Virus record (IMG/VR): IMGVR_UViG_3300034117_001294
Location: 124,001-188,000 of that record
Length of the DNA: 64,000 nucleotides
Strand: one strand, 5' to 3'
Shown: positions 1-8,956 of the stretch, piece after piece
How positions within the stretch are numbered: the first letter of the stretch is position 1
How the letters are laid out: every line of letters begins with the position of its first letter
Made by a program: the position numbers and the translations under genes
Notes under the pieces: generated by a model
Seen by the model: the letters and a program-made list of their open reading frames with translations, nothing else
Databases searched by the model: none
What the model was told of the DNA's origin: nothing

Positions 1-201
1 ACCGACCATAGAGATCAGTCACATAATGTTTGGTGGTGGTCGTACTTAACATTTGGCGAAGGTTGGCACTATAACCATCACACTACTCCCGGAAGTTGGA
101 AAATTGGAAAAGAATGGTGGCAGTTTGACCCCGGTCGATACGTTATCCAAATTTTGATATTTCTAGGACTTGCGTCGGAGAAGAAAATAAGTTATAATTA
201 A
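1..201 (+). CDS. C-terminal part of membrane fatty-acid (delta-9-type) desaturase
   Basis: Frame 1 reads ...SHNVWWWSYLTFGEGWHYNHH...WWQFDPG...; matches the third His box (GEGWHNNHH-type) and the W-x-x-DP tail of acyl-lipid desaturases; stop TAA 199-201. Confidence 0.8.
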   Translation, partial: TDHRDQSHNVWWWSYLTFGEGWHYNHHTTPGSWKIGKEWWQFDPGRYVIQILIFLGLASEKKISYN

Positions 202-203
202 TT

Positions 204-304
204 GCGGTCGTGAGCAAATTGGAAAAGCTCCCAAGGTCCACTGAGGGGAACGGGCACGGTCCTAGACGACGCCCTTGTAGGTTCGAAGCCTACCGACCGT
301 ACCA
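204..304 (+). tRNA. tRNA-like RNA, Leu-type body with non-canonical anticodon arm
   Basis: Acceptor stem GCGGTCG/CGACCGT, D-arm AGC-AAATTGGAAAA-GCT, T-arm GTAGG-TTCGAAG-CCTAC, discriminator A plus encoded CCA; the 46-nt central region has no canonical 5-bp/7-nt anticodon arm. Confidence 0.6.
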
Positions 305-317
305 AATTTAGTAAAGT

Positions 318-1013
318 ATGATTAAAACTATAATATCAGGTGTTGATGCTGACAAATACATATACAAAACAAATTTAAAATTTGCAGATGATTTTTGTCA
401 GGATCTGTTAGGTCAAGTTAAACTTAGCATAGACAATCTTGTTTTTAGAAATAACTACAACGACCCTAGAAATAACCCAAGAGATACTTTTAATTTAATA
501 GGAATTGAAGATTCAAGAGAATTGATTCGACGAGGCAGGCAAATCAAGGAATACTTTACAGAAAGTAATGTTATTAACTTTACTCAATATTTTCTTACAG
601 AACATGATACTTCTGAATTCCTTTCACTAACTCCGGACTTTTTAAAAGAACCCACTCCCGGCGAGCCAGTTCCTATATTCCAAATTAGCCACGGAGGAGA
701 AATCCTGCCGCCCCATAAAGGTCATAAAAGAAAAAGTTCTCTGTTTATGCTACTCGAAGGTAACGGAGAAGAGACTAGATGGTATCGAGAAAAAGAGCCA
801 TTCGAGATTATTCACACTACTAGAATACCAGACTTAGATAAAATCGAACATGTGGTCAGTGCCCAAATAGAGCCAGGGTATTGGTATGTGTTCAATCATC
901 TCGAGTGGCATAGTGTACATAAGTTTAGCACTGGTATTCGAATGAACATAGGCCTAGACTTTGACAGTATCTTAGCACCCGAACTAATTAACCTAATAAA
1001 AAAGAATTCTTAA
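318..1013 (+). CDS. putative cupin / 2OG-Fe(II) oxygenase-like protein
   Basis: ILPPHKGH and WYVFNHLEWHSVH motifs spaced like a double-stranded beta-helix metal site. Confidence 0.4.
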   Translation: MIKTIISGVDADKYIYKTNLKFADDFCQDLLGQVKLSIDNLVFRNNYNDPRNNPRDTFNLIGIEDSRELIRRGRQIKEYFTESNVINFTQYFLTEHDTSEFLSLTPDFLKEPTPGEPVPIFQISHGGEILPPHKGHKRKSSLFMLLEGNGEETRWYREKEPFEIIHTTRIPDLDKIEHVVSAQIEPGYWYVFNHLEWHSVHKFSTGIRMNIGLDFDSILAPELINLIKKNS

Positions 1014-1014
1014 A

Positions 1015-1746
1015 ATGTCAGAAGTTAAAAACAACTATATCAAAGCCTCATGGGCACGTAGAGCAGAACTTACAGAATTAGTGTATCAACGAACACAGGG
1101 ATTCGTACATCGAGGTCCATTTCAAGCAATGAAAATTTTGCACAAGTTTAGCTGGGGCGATGGCGACTGTGCTAGCAAATTACTAGGGTTATATGAATGT
1201 GAACTATTTGAAGACATTGAACGAGTTATTAATCAACCGCACGACCTAATCTTAAACATAGGATGTGCTGAAGGTTACTATGGTATTGGTTTGGCAAAAA
1301 GAACACAGACAAAAACCATAGTGTTTGATGTAAACAAAACTGCTGTGGACATTGCAAGAGAAAATGCTGCCGCCAACGGTGTAAACAAAATTCTATTCAG
1401 TACAGACTGCACTATAGACAACTATAGATCATTCCTTGCTTCGGCTAATAATCCGTTTATCTTTATGGATTGCGAAGGTGCAGAAGAAGAAATACTTGAC
1501 CTCAATGTGATGCCAGAACTAACCAAGACCGCAGTAATGGTTGAAAGTCATGACTGTAATAGGCCTGGCCTAACTGATAAGTTAGTTGCACGATTTGCAG
1601 AAACACACAATATTAAACTGATTAGGCAAGGAAATAAAAATCCCTATATGCCGTTAATTGACGATTTAGATGATTATGATAAAATGTTGCTATGTGTGGA
1701 AGCAAGGCCTAGCACAATGATCTGGTTATACATGTATCCTAAATGA
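1015..1746 (+). CDS. class I SAM-dependent methyltransferase (FkbM-like)
   Basis: LNIGCAEGYY glycine motif I, acidic FDVN motif II, FIFMDCEGAE motif. Confidence 0.6.
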   Translation: MSEVKNNYIKASWARRAELTELVYQRTQGFVHRGPFQAMKILHKFSWGDGDCASKLLGLYECELFEDIERVINQPHDLILNIGCAEGYYGIGLAKRTQTKTIVFDVNKTAVDIARENAAANGVNKILFSTDCTIDNYRSFLASANNPFIFMDCEGAEEEILDLNVMPELTKTAVMVESHDCNRPGLTDKLVARFAETHNIKLIRQGNKNPYMPLIDDLDDYDKMLLCVEARPSTMIWLYMYPK

Positions 1747-2381
1747 AGTACGAAATTTTTAAAGAACCATTTGTCCACATTGTGATAGATGATTTTGTAC
1801 CATGGGTGTACAATTTGCAGATTATCAACGAAGCTTGTAGATTAATTCCTGGAATGATTACTAGCAAGGTCAACAGTAATCAAGGCATTGTTATTAGTCC
1901 CGGCTCGAAGAGCAGTAAGAATATGTGGCTGTTCCAGCAATACGCTGCCCGACCAAACAATTTTCAAATTTCAACTTACCTTGAACAGAGAATTTGGTCC
2001 AACGAAGTTAAGCAGATATTACTTGAAGCAAATGATTCTCTCTTTACTAGTATGTTATATACTGATTCTAGTCAGATGCTAATGAGCAAATATACCCACG
2101 AAGATCATTACAGTTGGCATAGAGATTATAATCCCACTGCTACAATGAACTATATGTTTGCTAAAGACCCATCTAAATTTACAGGTGGGGATTTTGTGTT
2201 CGGCGATTGGGAAACTAAACAACCTCTTAAAACTATTCAATTTAAAAATAATAGATTAGTCATCTTTCCTAGCAGAGTCTACCACTGTGTAACTCCTGTA
2301 GTGAAAAAAGATAAAAATCCAGAGTACGATAGATTCACTGTTCAATACTGGAGTAAGCTCAAAGAGATCAGAGAAACTTGA
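1743..2381 (+). CDS. 2OG-Fe(II) oxygenase, prolyl-4-hydroxylase-like
   Basis: WHRD (HxD), FTGGDFVF, NNRLVIFPS..YHCVTPV, terminal R-F-T. Confidence 0.8.
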   Translation: MKYEIFKEPFVHIVIDDFVPWVYNLQIINEACRLIPGMITSKVNSNQGIVISPGSKSSKNMWLFQQYAARPNNFQISTYLEQRIWSNEVKQILLEANDSLFTSMLYTDSSQMLMSKYTHEDHYSWHRDYNPTATMNYMFAKDPSKFTGGDFVFGDWETKQPLKTIQFKNNRLVIFPSRVYHCVTPVVKKDKNPEYDRFTVQYWSKLKEIRET

Positions 2382-2406
2382 CATTCAGATCTAATAACGC
2401 TAATAT
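2378..2406 (+). promoter_or_regulatory. sigma70-type promoter
   Basis: TTGACA-17 bp-TAATAT upstream of tRNA-Thr. Confidence 0.6.
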
Positions 2407-2429
2407 AGTAGCTACTTAAATAAAACATT

Positions 2430-2505
2430 GCTGCCTTAGCTCAGTTGGTAGAGCACCGGTTTTGTAATCCGAAGGTCGTCAGTTCGATTCCGACAGGCAG
2501 CACCA
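2430..2505 (+). tRNA. tRNA-Thr(TGT)
   Basis: 76-nt cloverleaf: GCTGCCT/AGGCAGC acceptor, GCTC/GAGC D-stem, loop TT-TGT-AA, TTCGATT T-loop, encoded CCA. Confidence 0.9.
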
Positions 2506-2517
2506 ACTAATTAAATT

Positions 2518-3675
2518 ATGAGCCAAAAATTCAGATTCCACATATTGGGCTTGCCCCACACAGTATCCAGTAAAGAATATAATGCCTGTGCTTATACTCA
2601 GAAAGTCGTTAAATTCGGCAAGATGATGAAAGAGCGTGGGCATTATGTTATCCACTACGGACATGAAGACAGCGACCTAGTATGCGACGAGCATGTTACG
2701 GTCACTACAAACAAAGACTTAGAAATTGCTTACGGCAGCTATGACTGGCGTAAAAACTTCTTTAAGTTTGATACAGGCGATCATGCATATCAAACATTCT
2801 ATGCAAATGCTATCCGAGAAATTGGACTACGCAAACAACCTAAAGATTTTATCTTACCATTCTGGGGATCTGGTGTTCGTGCAGTATGTGATGCACACAA
2901 CGACCTAATTGTTGTTGAGCCGGGTATTGGCTACGCAGGAGGTCATTGGGCACGTTGGAAGATCTTTGAAAGCTATGCTATTATGCACGCCTTCTTTGGA
3001 TTACAAAGTGTGGGTACATGTAATCAAGATTGGTATCACGGTGTTGTTCCTAACTACTTTGACCTAGAAGACTTTACCTATGAGCCGGAAAAGAAAGAAG
3101 ATTACTTCCTGTTCTTGGGTCGAGTATATGAAGGCAAAGGAGCACACCTTGCCATTGAAGTGACTAGAAAGATTGGTGCAAAATTAATCATGGCTGGTCA
3201 GAATAACCTGGCATCAATGGGTTACGCAGAAACTCCAAGCCACGTAGAATTTGTAGGGTATGCAGATGTTGAAACTCGTAAGAAATTAATGAGCCGTGCC
3301 AAAGGAGCATTTGTTCCTAGTCTATATACCGAACCGTTTGGTGGTGTGCAAGTAGAGATGTTGTTGAGTGGTACTCCTACTATCACAACAGATTGGGGAT
3401 CATTTACAGAGAACAATGTACACGGTGTCACTGGATATCGTTGCAGAACATTTGATCAGTTTGTTTGGGCCGCTGAAAACATTGATAAGATCGATCCGGC
3501 TGCATGTCGTGCGTTTGGTGAGAACTTTAGCCTAGAACGAGTAGCACCGATGTATGAAGAATACTTCCAGATGGTGTATGATGTGCATAGCGGCAAAGGA
3601 TGGTACCAGGATCACCCAGAAAGAGAAAACCTTGATTGGTTGCGTAAGTACTATCCACCAATGGACAAGAAATGA
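2518..3675 (+). CDS. glycosyltransferase, GT4 / GT-B fold
   Basis: [12 protein letters not shown] and [23 protein letters not shown] (E-x7-E signature). Confidence 0.85.
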   Translation: MSQKFRFHILGLPHTVSSKEYNACAYTQKVVKFGKMMKERGHYVIHYGHEDSDLVCDEHVTVTTNKDLEIAYGSYDWRKNFFKFDTGDHAYQTFYANAIREIGLRKQPKDFILPFWGSGVRAVCDAHNDLIVVEPGIGYAGGHWARWKIFESYAIMHAFFGLQSVGTCNQDWYHGVVPNYFDLEDFTYEPEKKEDYFLFLGRVYEGKGAHLAIEVTRKIGAKLIMAGQNNLASMGYAETPSHVEFVGYADVETRKKLMSRAKGAFVPSLYTEPFGGVQVEMLLSGTPTITTDWGSFTENNVHGVTGYRCRTFDQFVWAAENIDKIDPAACRAFGENFSLERVAPMYEEYFQMVYDVHSGKGWYQDHPERENLDWLRKYYPPMDKK

Positions 3676-4610
3676 AAAGAGTAGTTTTTTACTTTGAGCC
3701 CAATTGGGCATTCGGCACAGTGCATTACGAGCTGTTCAAATATCTATGGGGACACGGATTTAACTGTCATCTGTTACCCTGGAATAAAAGTTACACTCGA
3801 GAAGAAATGTTGGAATTAAATTCCACAACTGATATTTTTGTAACTACCCCGCACGGATGGAGATTCTTAGGATATAATTACGGAACTGTTGCACCTGAAC
3901 AATGTGTTATTATAAGTCACGCTAAATTAGACATGACTGAACTTATTCATCATCACGGATATGAGGATTTTAAACGGTTCCGTAGATACGGTTGTGTCAG
4001 TCAATGGCTAGTTGATCTTAGCAAAGAGCTAGGTATCGAACGCCCGGCTGAACTAACGCCAGTAGCAATCAATTACAATACCTTCTACAGTACACCTAAC
4101 GATAATTTAAAAGTTGTAGGATATACAGGCAGCTTCCACAGAAAAGAAGAATTTGCACAGGATATGGTTGCGAGTGACTTAGCACAACCTAAGTATCATA
4201 AACGTGGTTGGTTAGTCGAAGAAGCAGTGAAACGTGCCGGATTAGAATTTAGAGTTGCCCAACAATACCATAATAGTTTTATCACTATGCCAGGATTCTA
4301 CAAAGGCATAGATGCTGTTATTGCAGCCAGTACAGAAGAAGGTGCCGGACTACCTGTTATGGAAGGCGGTGCAGCGGGCAAGCTGGTAATTGGTACTAAT
4401 GTTGGACACTGGGCTCAGAGAATTGGTGATGCAGGCGGATATGCTGTGCCTGTAGCAGAAGACGAATTCTTAGAAAAAACTGTGGAAATTTTAAGTTATT
4501 ATAAAGATAACCCTAACAAGTACAGACAACGATGCTTGGAAATTCAAGAACATGCTAAAAGTTACGATTGGAAGCACGTTATTGACAAGTGGGTTAACAT
4601 TTTATCTTAA
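3672..4610 (+). CDS. glycosyltransferase, GT4-like
   Basis: [27 protein letters not shown] matches the GT-B nucleotide-sugar binding motif. Confidence 0.7.
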   Translation: MKRVVFYFEPNWAFGTVHYELFKYLWGHGFNCHLLPWNKSYTREEMLELNSTTDIFVTTPHGWRFLGYNYGTVAPEQCVIISHAKLDMTELIHHHGYEDFKRFRRYGCVSQWLVDLSKELGIERPAELTPVAINYNTFYSTPNDNLKVVGYTGSFHRKEEFAQDMVASDLAQPKYHKRGWLVEEAVKRAGLEFRVAQQYHNSFITMPGFYKGIDAVIAASTEEGAGLPVMEGGAAGKLVIGTNVGHWAQRIGDAGGYAVPVAEDEFLEKTVEILSYYKDNPNKYRQRCLEIQEHAKSYDWKHVIDKWVNILS

Positions 4611-4671
4611 TTAACTACCCTGATAACGTGGACTGATTTACGAATAATTATGTAAAATAGCTGAGGGGTTT

Positions 4672-5409
4672 ATGACTAAAGCTGCTACTTTTGATTGGTC
4701 TGCGTTAGATAGAAATCTAATAACAGAAATGGTAAATTTTATAAGCTACAATGTTGTGGATAAATCCTTATCTCCGACTAGCTTTTCTAACAAACTACGA
4801 GAAATCTTAAGATTTTTTAAAATACCTGTCAAGGTTAGATCCTGCTACAATACTAAAACAGAAAAAAATTCTGTATGGGTAGGTGGATTATACGACAGTG
4901 TGTTAGATCAAGAGGGCAAAACGTCCATCACGCTTTGTATCCAATATCATTCCTCCGACGTAATTATCAAAGCAAATAAAAATTTATTTCGCAGAGTCTG
5001 TATAGCAATAGCAGACACAGTAATGCACGAAGTTATTCATATGCGACAATATCGTAGACGAGGTTATAAAGACATTCCCGGATATGAAAGTTCTGCTAAT
5101 TTGGCAAGAAAACGCAACGAACAAGTGTATCTAGGAAATGGGGACGAGATTGATGCATACAGCTTTAACATCGCGTGTCAGCTGCTTGACAGATTTGGGG
5201 AAGATAAAACATCTATAGTAAATTATCTAAACACTGATCTCCGTGATAGGAGATTAAAAAAGGACGGCTTCAGAATGTATCTAGATACATTTGATCACAA
5301 TCACAGTCACAGAGTAATCCGTAAATTAAAAAAGAAGGTAATGAATTATATTCCTAATGCCCAGGAAATAGCAAAGCCTTATAAAACATCTGATTGGTTA
5401 AAAAAGTGA
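4672..5409 (+). CDS. HExxH zincin-like protein
   Basis: MHEVIHMRQ plus downstream DEIDAYSFNIA. Confidence 0.5.
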   Translation: MTKAATFDWSALDRNLITEMVNFISYNVVDKSLSPTSFSNKLREILRFFKIPVKVRSCYNTKTEKNSVWVGGLYDSVLDQEGKTSITLCIQYHSSDVIIKANKNLFRRVCIAIADTVMHEVIHMRQYRRRGYKDIPGYESSANLARKRNEQVYLGNGDEIDAYSFNIACQLLDRFGEDKTSIVNYLNTDLRDRRLKKDGFRMYLDTFDHNHSHRVIRKLKKKVMNYIPNAQEIAKPYKTSDWLKK

Positions 5410-6149
5410 GTAAAAGAACAAAAATGAAAAAATTCAACTGCTGCCCAAAGTTAGATAAAAAAGTAGTAGTCCCAACAAGAAAAGAAGTCCTTGAAATATT
5501 TAATGATATTAAACCTACAATAGTTAACCAATTTTATGCAGTTGATGAACTAATTCAAGACCTCGGAGTATTCATTGGAAAGCGTTTTAATATCGATGTT
5601 AAACATGCAGAAGCTACCCAAGTGGATCAAAATGACATTGAACTCAATGGATACTACGATGGCGGCTTAGATGAAGCCGGCGATGTTGCTATTGAGATAT
5701 ACCTAGTTACTAACCCAATGCAGGACGTCATGTTAATTGACGAAACTCAATTCGATATTATCACAAGAAAAATTGCAGATACCTTAAGTCATGAAGTTAT
5801 CCATATGCAGCAATTCCGTGCAAGAGATTTCTTAGAAGTTGAAAAATGGGACTTTGAAACAGCCTACGAAGAAGGCGATGACGAATACGACGAAGCAGAA
5901 GAAAATCGCTGGTACCTAAGTAGCCCAGATGAGATTAATGCCTATGCATATAACATTGCCAACGAATTGTTAGATAGAAATAGTTATCCACAAGTAATTG
6001 AAAAATTAAACAAAGTTAAAGACATTGCAATTGAAGACAGTATTAATCTTTGGGCATATGTTAACGCATTTTCCAAAGATGTAAATCATCCAGTTTTACG
6101 TAAATTAATCAAAAAAGTTTATAAAAGTTTAGATCGCTTAAACAGATAA
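5394..6149 (+). CDS. HExxH zincin-like protein, paralogue of 4672-5409
   Basis: SHEVIHMQQ plus DEINAYAYNIA; start may be a downstream Met. Confidence 0.5.
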   Translation: MVKKVSKRTKMKKFNCCPKLDKKVVVPTRKEVLEIFNDIKPTIVNQFYAVDELIQDLGVFIGKRFNIDVKHAEATQVDQNDIELNGYYDGGLDEAGDVAIEIYLVTNPMQDVMLIDETQFDIITRKIADTLSHEVIHMQQFRARDFLEVEKWDFETAYEEGDDEYDEAEENRWYLSSPDEINAYAYNIANELLDRNSYPQVIEKLNKVKDIAIEDSINLWAYVNAFSKDVNHPVLRKLIKKVYKSLDRLNR

Positions 6150-6165
6150 TTGGTAAAGTCGATAC

Positions 6166-6194
6166 TTGACAAAACCTTAAATGTGCTGTATTAT
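6166..6194 (+). promoter_or_regulatory. sigma70-type promoter
   Basis: TTGACA-17 bp-TATTAT. Confidence 0.7.
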
Positions 6195-6200
6195 ATACAC

Positions 6201-6443
6201 ATGTTTAAGGTTTTTTCTTTAGTGATCATTTTGTTAGCTGGCTGTTCTACTACCAGCTATAGAATTCTAACTCCTACGGAAGTTAGCAATATTCCAATTG
6301 ATTGCTGGAATAAAAATCGAATCAACGGATGGTTAACTGAACAACTGCAATTTGCAGAGAAAGATGCAAAAACAAATGGTGCCAGCATTAACGCTATTAA
6401 GCACAAAATTTGGCAAATTCGTACTGATTGCAACGGCCGCTAG
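6201..6443 (+). CDS. small lipoprotein
   Basis: ATG at 6201; signal peptide with lipobox LLAGC. Confidence 0.6.
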   Translation: MFKVFSLVIILLAGCSTTSYRILTPTEVSNIPIDCWNKNRINGWLTEQLQFAEKDAKTNGASINAIKHKIWQIRTDCNGR

Positions 6444-6732
6444 TCTAGTAGGGTGTGCAAGCACTACGCAACGTATTCTGCCGTCGTCGCATACTCTAGG
6501 TAGTTTTAAACCAGATTGCACCATTGCCAAAGAACAGGTTGAATGGTTACGCAGTATTCGGCCAACTCTACATGAGCGTCGAGACGCTTATCTTGAGGTA
6601 ACCTCTTGGGGTGGGTTTTCTAAAGAGTTTGCCAAAAACAAAGAGATTGCAAACGGTCGTATAGATTATTTGATTGACGCAAACATTGATGAGATTTACT
6701 ACAGATGCAACTTTCGACACAAATCTTACTAA
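6352..6732 (+). CDS. lipoprotein, apparent paralogue of upstream ORF
   Basis: Lipobox SLVGC; shares the C-S/A-(S)TT-x-RIL...DC...W-L pattern; exact start uncertain. Confidence 0.5.
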   Translation: MQRKMQKQMVPALTLLSTKFGKFVLIATAASLVGCASTTQRILPSSHTLGSFKPDCTIAKEQVEWLRSIRPTLHERRDAYLEVTSWGGFSKEFAKNKEIANGRIDYLIDANIDEIYYRCNFRHKSY

Positions 6733-7283
6733 CTGCTGTACTCTTTACTAATTCTGCGATCGCACAAGATTGCATTATGAAAGAGCGAACAACATCAAAA
6801 GAAATCGGACGGATACATGAAATTAAAAATGTAGTAGCCGAAGTTAATCCGTTTGGCAAAGGACAATACAAATGCACAGCTAGTCTAGAGGGCTATACTG
6901 GCGGGAAGTGGCATCAAGGTAAAGGTGAATTTATTTGGTCAGGTGACTATAGTCATGCCAAAGCCTGTGGTGCCGCAACTGAATTGGCAAAGAAAAATTT
7001 GCTCACAGGCTTATATTCAAGTACAATAACAAGTGAGACGTTCGTAGTTTGTAAAGAGCAGGAAGAAAAAGATAGACCTCTTTTAAATCCTAAGATTGGA
7101 ACAATTATAGATGATGTTCGTAGATTACGAGCCCATATAAATTATCCCAATGCATTTTACCACAACGGAGAAGAATGTAGATGGTATCTCGAAACTGGCT
7201 GGAATGGCAAGGACATTACACAGTTTCAAGGAATTGTTTGCAGATATGGTCCTACAAAATGGATCATAGTTGATAAATTTTAA
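6705..7283 (+). CDS. exported Cys-containing hypothetical protein
   Basis: N-terminal signal peptide (A-I-A|QDC), several Cys. Confidence 0.5.
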   Translation: MQLSTQILLTAVLFTNSAIAQDCIMKERTTSKEIGRIHEIKNVVAEVNPFGKGQYKCTASLEGYTGGKWHQGKGEFIWSGDYSHAKACGAATELAKKNLLTGLYSSTITSETFVVCKEQEEKDRPLLNPKIGTIIDDVRRLRAHINYPNAFYHNGEECRWYLETGWNGKDITQFQGIVCRYGPTKWIIVDKF

Positions 7284-7303
7284 CACACACAGAAAGAGTA
7301 GTT

Positions 7304-7432
7304 ATGACAAACTTTATTGTAGGAACAATCTTTGGAATTATCCTAGCCACTGCTGGAGCATCTGGCATTGCAAAAATTATCGACAGAGGTGTCGATCAAA
7401 CTAAAATTATCATTCAGGAGAATGTAAAATGA
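7304..7432 (+). CDS. small membrane protein (42 aa)
   Basis: MTNFIVGTIFGIILATAGASG...; stop overlaps the next ATG. Confidence 0.5.
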   Translation: MTNFIVGTIFGIILATAGASGIAKIIDRGVDQTKIIIQENVK

Positions 7433-8025
7433 AGCGTATTTCAATTGTTCTAGCAGTACTAGCGTTGTCTGCATGTTCGTCTATGACAGAACTGAGGACT
7501 GAGAATTTAGAGAAAAAGACTGTACCTACTTGGTATATCGATCATGTTGATGTAGGATCGGAAATGAAAGCATGGTATAAGCCGTGGGATCAAAACGGTA
7601 TGTATTATGCAGTAGCCGAAGATGTAAGTCCTTCAATGGAAATGGCCATGAAGAAAGCTACACTTAAGGCAAAAGCAAAAATTGCAGATCGAGTTAACGG
7701 TGAAATGAATAATCGTACAATTATTCGATACGACGAATCCGGTTCCCCAGATCGTCCATCAGGTCGGGCTCAGAGCCAAGATGTAATTGTAAATTTGATC
7801 GCCGAAAGTGTAGTACGTACTTACGGCGTTGAAAAGAAGATGGTCATCTTTAATCCAGAAGCAAATAACTTCAGAGTATTTGTTATGCTAAAAATTAGTC
7901 AACAAGATGTTAAGGCCATGGCAGCTACTTATGATCAAAACAAGCAGGTAAAACTTGAAGGTAGGGTTGGCGGCAAAACGCTAGATCAAACTGCTACTGA
8001 AGTTTTAGATCAAGCACGTCGATAA
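7429..8025 (+). CDS. LPP20-like lipoprotein
   Basis: Lipobox LSAC; P-x-W motif, 'YYAVAEDVSPSMEMA..KA...AK..IA' pattern. Confidence 0.55.
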   Translation: MKRISIVLAVLALSACSSMTELRTENLEKKTVPTWYIDHVDVGSEMKAWYKPWDQNGMYYAVAEDVSPSMEMAMKKATLKAKAKIADRVNGEMNNRTIIRYDESGSPDRPSGRAQSQDVIVNLIAESVVRTYGVEKKMVIFNPEANNFRVFVMLKISQQDVKAMAATYDQNKQVKLEGRVGGKTLDQTATEVLDQARR

Positions 8026-8086
8026 TCAAGAACGTAATAGCAGGTGCTTGATCTTAGATAATTAAAAGAATAAAACAAAGGATCCC

Positions 8087-8785
8087 ATGAAAAACAAACC
8101 CAAGTTCAATGTTAAGCCGGCACAGGCAGCACCTGCGGCTGCACCGGCACAACAAGGTAGAGCACCTAGCATTATGATCGCTGTTCCAGCAATGGAAATG
8201 GTCAATGCTGAATTTGCACAGCACTTAGCAATGGCGGCAGCTAATCTTGTTGCCAACGGAATTAAGATTAACTGTGCATTCAACATTGGTTCAGTTATTA
8301 CTATTGCTCGCCGTAACTTAACTGATATCTTTCTCAAGAGCGACTTCGATTATATTTGGTGGGTTGACTCAGATATGAAGTTTCCTATTGATGCACCTAT
8401 TCGTTTGCTCAAGAGAAACAAACCAATTGTCGGGGTAAACTATCGTCGACGCCGTTTCCCTAATGCTAACTTTACAGGTATGCTAGGGTCTAATGGTCAG
8501 TTCCGTGAATTTGAAACTAGAGATGATAGCCCTCCAATGGAATTGATTGATGTCCTACCGCACGGATGTGTATTAGTACATCGTTCAGTTTATGAAAAAA
8601 TCCCTCAACCTCACTACTTGCAAGAATATATTCCTGAGCTCAATCTTGAGATCGGTGAAGATATCTATTTCTGTCAACAGGCACAGAAGGCAGGTTATGA
8701 AGTTTGGTGTGATCAAGAGTTGAGTCGTGAAATAAGCCACATCGGCATATTCCACTTCAACTATAACCTAAGTGTGCCTAAATAA
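8087..8785 (+). CDS. glycosyltransferase family 2-like
   Basis: WVDSD (DxD), GCVLVHRSVYEKI, GEDIYFC. Confidence 0.7.
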   Translation: MKNKPKFNVKPAQAAPAAAPAQQGRAPSIMIAVPAMEMVNAEFAQHLAMAAANLVANGIKINCAFNIGSVITIARRNLTDIFLKSDFDYIWWVDSDMKFPIDAPIRLLKRNKPIVGVNYRRRRFPNANFTGMLGSNGQFREFETRDDSPPMELIDVLPHGCVLVHRSVYEKIPQPHYLQEYIPELNLEIGEDIYFCQQAQKAGYEVWCDQELSREISHIGIFHFNYNLSVPK

Positions 8786-8797
8786 AGAAAGATCACC

Positions 8798-8956
8798 ATG
8801 TTCGAAAGTATTGAATTGAGAAAAGTCGAGAACGGTATTGTTATTCTAATCAGAGATGACGAGAACAACGAAAAAGAGTTTGTATACGATACTGACCGCA
8901 AGGCTTTGAAATTCATCAAAGAATTGTTAGAAACTAAGGTAGCCAACGTAAAGTGA
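8798..8956 (+). CDS. hypothetical protein (52 aa)
   Basis: MFESIELRKVENG... fills the gap; stop overlaps the GTG of galE. Confidence 0.55.
   Translation: MFESIELRKVENGIVILIRDDENNEKEFVYDTDRKALKFIKELLETKVANVK

Noticed and set aside
255-272. CTA or TAG triplet in the tRNA-like element as an amber-suppressor or Leu anticodon
   Set aside because: It lies in the variable-arm position, lacks U33 and has no 5-bp stem with a 7-nt loop.
4629-4658. Possible promoter TGGACT-18 bp-TAAAAT
   Set aside because: Weak -35 and non-optimal spacing; not supportable without data.
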